From the NCBI GenBank assembly GCA_030390025.1, contig CM059426.1, forward strand, positions 74,152,001 to 74,216,000: DNA of 64,000 nt, read 5' to 3'. Made by a program: the position numbers and the translations under genes. The notes under the pieces were generated by a model that worked only from the letters and a program-made list of their open reading frames with translations, searched no databases and had not been told where the DNA came from. Below are positions 51,501-60,500 of this stretch, piece by piece; the first letter of the stretch is position 1; the number at the start of each line of letters is the position of its first letter. Source of the DNA: Squalus acanthias (Eukaryota).

Positions 51501-54500
51501 ACACATGGGCATATTAAAATATTGGGCCGGCCACAAAAATGGTTTCGGCCTCTTGCTGGCGTTGATTGTTCTGCCTAGCGCCTGCGCAATGTGCACCACA
51601 CATGAAAATCTAACCCCCCCCCCTGTATTTTATCAACTGCAGATGAGGGGGGGAAAACTCCTGCCTTCATTATTTTTACTGGAAAAATTGGTATGACTAA
51701 AAGGTGGAGTTCCATGCTTCAAACTTCAGTAAAATTAGCAAAGACTGGAATTTCACCTACTGCAGCTTAGTTGCTCATATCAAAAGACAGCTGCTTTGGG
51801 TGTCTGCCAACAACTCAGACTATAAAACAAGCATGTTAGATCTTACTGCACACTGCTGATTGAAATGACTGAACTCTAATTGTGGCATAAATGAGTATTA
51901 ATTAAATGCCATTTTATATATTTCAATTTAAATTAATGCAACAGTTTTAAAACAAGAACTGAAACTTACACCAGCAGTTACATCTGCCAATGACACTGGA
52001 GGAATAACAGTGATGTTTTCCATCAGAAATCTTTGTTCAAAGCAACTATTTAATTGTGAACAGACTGACTGAAAATAATACAAAGAGAATTAAAAAAACT
52101 ATCGATGCTAGAAATTTGAAACAAAAACAGAAAGTGTATGTTACACACAGATCTATCAGCACCTGACTGAAGATGGATGATCATTTTGAGCAGTGACTCT
52201 TTGCCAAATGAAGGGTCTCCACCCAGAATGTCTTTTCCCTTTTCGGGTACTGATGAATCTGTATTTTCCATTTCAATTGCAGATAAAATAACTATAACTT
52301 CAAATTATGTTTTACACAGCAAATTTCTTGGATTTAATTTCAGTTTAGTTGAAGGGTTTCATGACCAGTCTGCACATATTGAATCCAACTGTCAACAGCT
52401 TCTGTGCATTCTACACTCTGCAATACCCAAGAGCTCTCAAGAATATAGAACCTAAGAACCTAAGAATTAGGAGCAGGAGTAGGCCATTTGGCCCTTCAAG
52501 CCTGCTCTGCCATTCAATAAGATCATGGCTGATCTTCTACCTCATCTCCACTTTCCTGAACGGTCCCCATATCCCTTAATATACAAAAATCTATCGCTCT
52601 CTGTCTTGAATATACTCAACGACTGAGCATCCACAGCCCTCTGGGGTAGAGAATTCCAAAGATTCACCACCCTCTGAGTGAAGAAATTTCTCCTCATCGC
52701 AGTCCTAAATGGCCGACCCCTTATTCTGAGACTGTGACCCCTGGTTCTAGACTCCCCAGCCAGGGGAAACATCCTCCCTGCATCTACCCTGTCTTTGACC
52801 TATTTCAATTTTTCCCTGATGTCACTTTACTCACTGATGCCTTATTACCTTTGTTACTCTCGCTGTCCCTTCCTGGCCCACTCTGCTTATTTTTACCCAA
52901 AACTCTACTCTGCCTTGACATTTCTCTCGCTGCTTTTAAATTTGTTTTCCTGAATCCTCCCACCCCCACTTCATTAGTTTAAAGCCCTGTCTACTGCCCT
53001 AGTTATTCAGTTCGCCAGGACACTGGTCCCAGCCCAGTTTAAGTGGAGCCTGTCCCAACGGGACAGCTCCCTCTTTCCCCAGTACTGGTGCCAGTGCCCC
53101 ATGAACTGAAACCCCTTCCTCCCACACCACTCTTTCAGCCATGCATTTAAATCTCTAATCTGTTTGTCCCTATACCAATTTGCACGTGGCTCAGGTAACA
53201 ATCCAGAGATTATTGCCTTTGAGGTTCTGCTTTTTAATTTGGATCCTAGCTCCTCAAACTCCCTCAGCAGAACTTCATTCCTAGTTCTACCTATGTCGTT
53301 GGTTCCTACGTGGACCACGACAACTGGATCCTTCCCCTCCCACTCCAAGTTCTTCTCCAGCTGCGAGGATATGTCTTTAACCCTGGTATCGGGCAGGCAA
53401 CACAACCTTTGGAAAACTCGGTCGCAGCTGCATAGAACAGTATCTATCCCCCTGACTATACTGTCTCCTATCACAACTACATTCCCTTTCACTCCCCCCA
53501 CTTGAATGGCCTCCTGTACCATGATGAGCTTGCTCATCCATCCTGCAGGTTTTTCCCCTCATCCACACAGGCAGCAAGAACCTCATACCTGTTGAACAAG
53601 GGCAAAGGCTGAGGCTCCTCCAGCACTGCACCTGGGGTCCCCTTACCTGCCCGAGTTGCAGTCACACCATCCTGCCCCTGACCACTAACCAGACCTGTAC
53701 CACAACCTAACCTAAGGGGTGTGACTACCTCCTGGATCAAAGTGTCCAGGTAACTCTCCCCCTCCCTGATGCCCCGCAATGTTTGCACCTCAGATTCCAG
53801 CTCAAAAACTGAGCTGAAGTTCCTCAAGTTGCAGGCACTTACTGCAAACGTGGTTGTCCGGGATCACAATGCTCTCCACAAACTCCCACATGCTGCAGTT
53901 GCGGCACACCGCCTGCACTGCCATCCCTATATCACCTTGTTTTATTTAATTAAATTTGTAATTAGGTAACTTAGTTTACAGTGTAGTTTCTTGACTATTT
54001 ACTTGATCTAGATTAAGTTAAAGGTACTGCAATTAAATATCTACCTGTAACAAAGAACACTACAAGTAGTGTAGGCAAAAAGCAACAACTCCTTCCCCCT
54101 CGTCTCCAAATTCCCACTCTTCCCAAATTCTCAAACAAAACACTCTGTTCAAGTCCACTCCGTTTAATCCCGCTCTGTGCTCTGCAGAAATATTTACTTT
54201 TAGACTTCAAAAATGTAATTTTTTTCATTTCCAGACACAAAGGCATTCAGGGCATTTTTTCAATTTACACTAAAAGGAGGTTGATTTTTCTTGTCCTTTA
54301 ATCCTTCTGCCTAACTCCCACCCCGGTCAACCCACATGTTCTATTCATTTTATTAAAACAGCCAAATATTTTACTGAACAGTAGGAAACAAGCTAGAACA
54401 GACACATGAGCAAATTATATGAAGTAATCACATTCTGGATAGATACTACCCACCATGATGTATCTCATATTGGTCAATAACCATTTATATAGTGAACAAA

Positions 54501-57500
54501 GGCATATGACCACATTTAGTCAATGAACATTTAATTATGCTCAATAGATGTGCACCATTTGGTCCCCCTTCTAATTACATCACTATCCTGCTAAAGGCTG
54601 CTCAGAAAGTACAAAATTACCTGAACCATTGTTTAAAATATCAGATTTTAAACTCATCCAGTACTATTTGACTTTGCAAACTGCAACATTGTGCCGAATG
54701 TCATTTGGTTAACATTACCAGTGAAAGAGTTTCATCAGGTAAAAAATAATAGCAGACAGGTATTGTGCGGGTGAAATAATGTCTTGCCTGTTAACACAAA
54801 GGATCTTTACACGAGGCTGTTTCTTCTTGAAATTATGTTATCAGGTAAAAGTGATTGTAGTGAGAAAGACAACTAAATGCAACAAAACCCAGCCCAAGTA
54901 ACAAATGGATTGTCAGTTTATGAATAAGCAAGCCTCAAAACACAAAGAAAACAATTCAACTTCATGCTGAATAGTAGCTGATAATTAAAATACTATCCAC
55001 AATCTGTAGCCAGGTAAGAAGAACAAACTAGACAAAGAACCAGTCAGTATATACTGAAAAGACAAATAGGTGCCTTTACAGTAATTGTAATTTGAACCTC
55101 GTCAGTTATCTATGAAATTCATTCAAAGCAATGGTGCATATGAACAGGAGTCAGCCATTCAGCCCCTCAAGCCTGTTCTGCCATTCAATTAGATCATGGC
55201 TGATCTGTACCTCACCTCCATTTACCCACCTTTGTTCCACGCTCCTTGATATCCTTACCCATCAAAAATCTATCAATCTCAGTCTTGAAAATTTCAATTG
55301 ACCTAGCATCCACAGCCTTTTGGGGGAGTGAGTTCCAGATTTCCACTATCCTTTGTGTGAACATTTGCTGCCCGATTTCACTCCTAAGTGGCCTAGCTCT
55401 AATTTTATGATTATTCACTCTTGTTCTGCATTCCCAGACCCGAGGAATTAGCTTCTCTGCATCTACTCGATCAGATCCATTTATTATTATAAATACCTCA
55501 ATTAGATCACCCCTCAACCTTCGAAACTCAAGGGAATACAAGCCAAGTTTATGCAACCTTTCCAACTAATTTAACCCTTTAAACCCTAGTATCATTCTGG
55601 TAAATCTATGCTGTACCTCCTCCAAGGCTAATATATCTTTCCGGAGGATCGGTGCCCAAAACGGAACGCATACTCCAGATGGGGTTTGATCATGGCTCTG
55701 CATAACTGAAGACTCACTTCTTCACTTTTGTATTCCAATCCCCTTGTGATAAAGACCAACATTCCCATTAGCCTTTTTGATTACTTTCTGTACCTGTGCA
55801 CTAGCTTTTAATGATGTGTGTACATGGGCACCTAAATCCCTTTGCTCCTCCACTGTTCGTCATTCACCATTAAGAAAATATTATGATTTGTCGTTCTCAG
55901 ATCCAAAGTGTATGACTTCACACTTCCACAAATTAAACTCCACCTGTCATACTTTTGCCCACTCACTTAGTTGGTCTATGTCTCTTTGTAACTTCTTCCT
56001 CCCATCTGTGCCTCCTAACTTAGTGTCATCTGCAAACTTGGATAAACAACTCTCTATTCCTTCATCCAAGTCATTAATATATATGGTGAAAAGCTAAGAA
56101 CCCAGTATCGGTCCCTGAGGAACACCACTTGTCACATTCCACCAATCAGAGAACAAACCCTTTATCCCTACTGTGTCTCCTATCTCTCAACCAATTACCG
56201 ACTCATGTCACAAGGTTACCTTCAATTCTGTGCGCTCTCATTTTTGCTAATAATCTCTTGTGCAAAACCTTATTGAATGCCTTCTGGAAGTCCATATAGA
56301 CATTCTCCTATCCACTATACTAGTGATCTCCACAAAAAATTCAACTAGATCAGTCATGACCTACCCTTCACAAATCCATGCTGACTCTCTTTGATCAGCT
56401 GATACCTGTCCAAGTGCTCAGTCACTCTGTCTTTGATGATAGATTCCAGTAACTGCCCCACAATTGATGTAAATAATAAAATAATGAAAAGCTACTGGTC
56501 ATTTTATCAGCACATACAAAAACACTTTGCACAGAGATGAAATGACACTGGATTTTCCTCATTCTTTTGATGGTGATCTTAAATTTATGGCTCTAAGCCA
56601 CCAACCAGTGGAAATACATTTTCCTGATTTACTTTATCAAAACTCCTCATAATTTTGAAAATCTCTAGGAGAGCTCCTCTTAATCTTCTCTGTACTAAGA
56701 GCCACAGCGGTAGATTTTAACTTGGGCCGCCCGGCGTAAACAAGGCGGCAGAGACGTTAAAATAGCTGTGCAGTACATACCAGCCAGTTTACATCAGCAT
56801 TCCTACCAGCGCCAAGCAGAAAGTGGCTGACTGCTGGGCGGCCCACCTGTGTCAGGCAGTAGGTCCTTTCATCATGCTACATAGGACCCCAATGCCAGTT
56901 TGGAAGACGACTGGGCAAATCGTGCACCATTCACACACACAGTTTTACAGATGGTACAGTTGAAGAGGCCCCAAAAGCGAAAGTTTAAAATTAATTTTCT
57001 GGGGTCAACCCCCCCCCCCCCCCCCAACGGACTTACCTCGCTACCGGCCAGGCCGAATCCAGCAAGCCCATCGTTCTGCCTGTTTTATGCCTGCAGCTCA
57101 CTGATTCTATGGCTCAGACCGTCGCTCCCATGCATGGTGCAATCTGTGGTCCCTGATTTGCATATGCAACGTGCCCAACGCCAATTTCTGGCATACACCC
57201 TGGATGCCGACTGAGCAGCCTGATCCAATACGGAGGGGGGGGGGGGGGCAGCACACGTCCAGCTCAGAATGAGCGCACGCATGGCCACCACCATATTAGA
57301 CCGTTAGGCGCCCAATTTACACCCATGCTGCGCGATCCAATTTCTAGGCCATAATTTCTCTCGATGCCAAAGGTACAGTCAATGGCTTTATCAACACTCT
57401 AGGATGAGTGTGATTTTTAAATTTCCCATGGATAACCCACAAGCCTAGGCTGTCCTTTGAGAAAAGAGGAGATGCAGTGTAGTTATGGATAAAATATGCA

Positions 57501-60500
57501 GTAAAATGGAATTAAATTCTATAGACAAATCGTGTACTGGAAAACACATGTATATTATGTGCATATATACTAGCAGCTGGCAGAAGGGACTTACTCAGCT
57601 TTATTTGGTTAACAATCCTAGACAGAAATGGGTCTAAAATGACAGTTTAATGAACTCGAGACATAGTAAAAAATTTTAAGAAAAACACCTCTCCTGTCCA
57701 AAAAATGTCTTGATTTGTCTGCCCAAAGAGCCTTCATTTGTCTAGCCCTAAAACATTGAAATGTCTTAGCATTTATTAAAATGTCATCCATCAAGAAACA
57801 GATTTTTTGAACACCTGTCTAAAGTATACATTCCAAAAGAATAAGACCTGAAAGCAATACTCTGATCTATCACTCCCAGTACGAGAATATTTGTACTGTT
57901 GTGGAGTAATGAATGACTTTAATTACTACTCATACAAGGAAGCTTGGTCATTCAAAGCCAAAGAAAATAAGCTCTATGTAGGTAAATTAATTTGCTGTCT
58001 CATCATGTACATTTCATATGGTAACCTGAATTCACTCCCTTAGCTATCAAACGGATAATTAGAAGAATACAATGGTGCACAGAGCCACGAGGTTTCCTCT
58101 CAATGTTCTAAATGTTCGCCTGAAGAATCAAAGCAGCCAAACCAAACTTAAGATGCTTAAGAATCACATCAATTGTAAAATTACCCAAATCACTGGAATG
58201 CACTCTGGTGCTCAACAATAATAGAATTGCTTGCTGCATGAAGTGACCCTTTTAAACAAAATATTGGCCCTCTCAACCAACAGCAGCAGGATAACAAGGC
58301 AAACATTTATAATTTACTAACAGAAATGGCTTCTCCCATTCCAGTACAGTAGCTACCTCTTAAAGAAACACATTTTAATAGTGGTTCTGCAAAAGTCTTA
58401 TCTCAGTATGTCCCTTATAAACAAAACACAAGGGGGTAGATTTTAATCTCCGTGCAGTTTTCAGGCGGCCGCCCGGAGGAGTGTAGCGGCCAGCTGCTCG
58501 ATAGTGCCAGCAGGAGGACCCTTCCATTTTGAGGGCCGGAACTCATTATCGTAGGGCCGGTGTGTTGTGGGCAGAAAACAATTGCGCCGAGGCAGCCCGC
58601 AGCCAATAAAAATCCAGTTTTGGTGGTTGGCGGGGGGGGGGGGGGGGGGGGCGGGGGAGGAGAGAGAAGACAGCTGGTGCGACAGTGGCCCAGGTTGTTT
58701 TTGTGGAACCCAGAGGAGCTTCTCTTTGGCTGGACCGCCAGCTGAAACAGAGTGGAGCGTGCATGGCCAGTTGAGTCCCAAAATGACAATAAGTTTCTCA
58801 TAGGACCCCAATTTGCATATTTAAAGGACCTAGTGCTTGACTCAGCTGGGTGCTCTGGCTGCCCTAGGTAGGCCCTTGGTAGGATAGCATCGGCCACACT
58901 GTTGCCAGAAACAGGGCCCAGTGTTACCCCAACACATCAGCCACATAGTCGGTGGGAATGGGACAGTAAGTCAAACCCCACCATTTGAGGCACTACCGCC
59001 CACATTTCTGCCTGGCTTGCAGCCTGAAAATCCCTCACAAGAACAATAAAAAAGCATGGAACAAAACAGGCCAGGCCATTGAACCATCAACCCAATTCTT
59101 GCATAGACTATGAACTGGACTCTACCCATTTTATTCACCTGAAAGCTCTGCAAATTTTTCTCCTGACCACCAAAAACAATCAAGTAAAATTCCAGACTAC
59201 CTATTAACCTTCACATTTTCACTTTCAAAGCCTGCCAGTTGCTTTCCACAGATAACAACTACATGATCCCAGGAGCAAAGGAACCATTGCGTCCTGTGGA
59301 GTATTTGATTATCTCTGTCTATACTTTTCCCTATAGCTGTCAATCCCAATGCTGGCCATCCCAATGCTGGCCAGATGTTTATCCACCTTTTACTAGAGTT
59401 AATTGACATAGCTACAACTGCTTTTGCTGGTAATCTGTTTAACACATCCACTACTCTGTGGGGGTGTTTTCTTTAAGCTCTAGCCTCGCTTGAGGCTTGT
59501 TCATTTGTATCCTCTAGTTTTACACTCACAGTCCAAGTTAAATAGCCTGCATATGTCAAGATTACATATCTCCCAGTATTTTAAAGATCTGGATCATATC
59601 TACTTTCATTTTTTTTCTACAATGCAAACAGGTTTCACTCTGTGATCATAGACAATTATTATTTTTCTCAGAATTTTTTTTTTTTTTTTTTTAAATGGAT
59701 TCACATATGCGTGGTTTCCCCATCAAAGGTCCAACTCCCACATCGAAGTAGGCTGAGAATGTTACGGAAAAATATCTCGGAGCTTAATGTAAGGCTCTAG
59801 AACCATTACCGCTCAGTATATTCAGTGACGCAGTTTGGTCACACATTCAGGTGACCAAAATCCTGCTTATACATTTAGGTTTTCAAAGTCACAATTTGCA
59901 ATGTAAATTTCTTCTCCCCTTTCCTCATTTCCCCCATTTTATCCGAAGGCTCTTGCTGTGGTACACTTTCATTCCTGCCTACAGCCCTCGCTTGCCTTGT
60001 TCATGTTATCTAGGCTCACATATCAAGATTAGGCACAGGTGCCAATAGGCTATTTTATCATGAAGACATCACAGCTGACTCCAATCTTGTCCTCACCCAA
60101 TGACTGCACAAAAGCAACTTCAAACAAGAGCCACTGGATAGTGATCAAGATTGAAAACTAGCTGTTCTTCCCTCACCCTAGCGCAGGATTGCTGAGCCCA
60201 AATTGTGTCTTGGTTGAGGTGAGATAACGCAACGCAGACCAGGAATATAACCTAGGTCTTTCTGGTTTATATGGTTTAGTATCACACCATGCAGTGCATT
60301 CATACAATGGCCTGCCACTATGAACTTGGCACAGGGAACGGTCCCTGCGCCGGAACAGGTAGGCCCAAAGCACACTAGATATTGGGCCTCAGGCCTACCG
60401 GGTGATCGGGAGGGAGCCGTCAGCGGTCTTCGGCACTGTAGTGGACCCGGGAGGAGCACTCCTGCTCCTCCCAGCTCCACGTTCAGGTAAGAATTTAAAA

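Noticed and set aside
53007-53537. GDSL/SGNH esterase as a host or horizontally acquired gene
   Set aside because: It is embedded in frameshifted CR1 ORF1 context with a CR1 3' tail.
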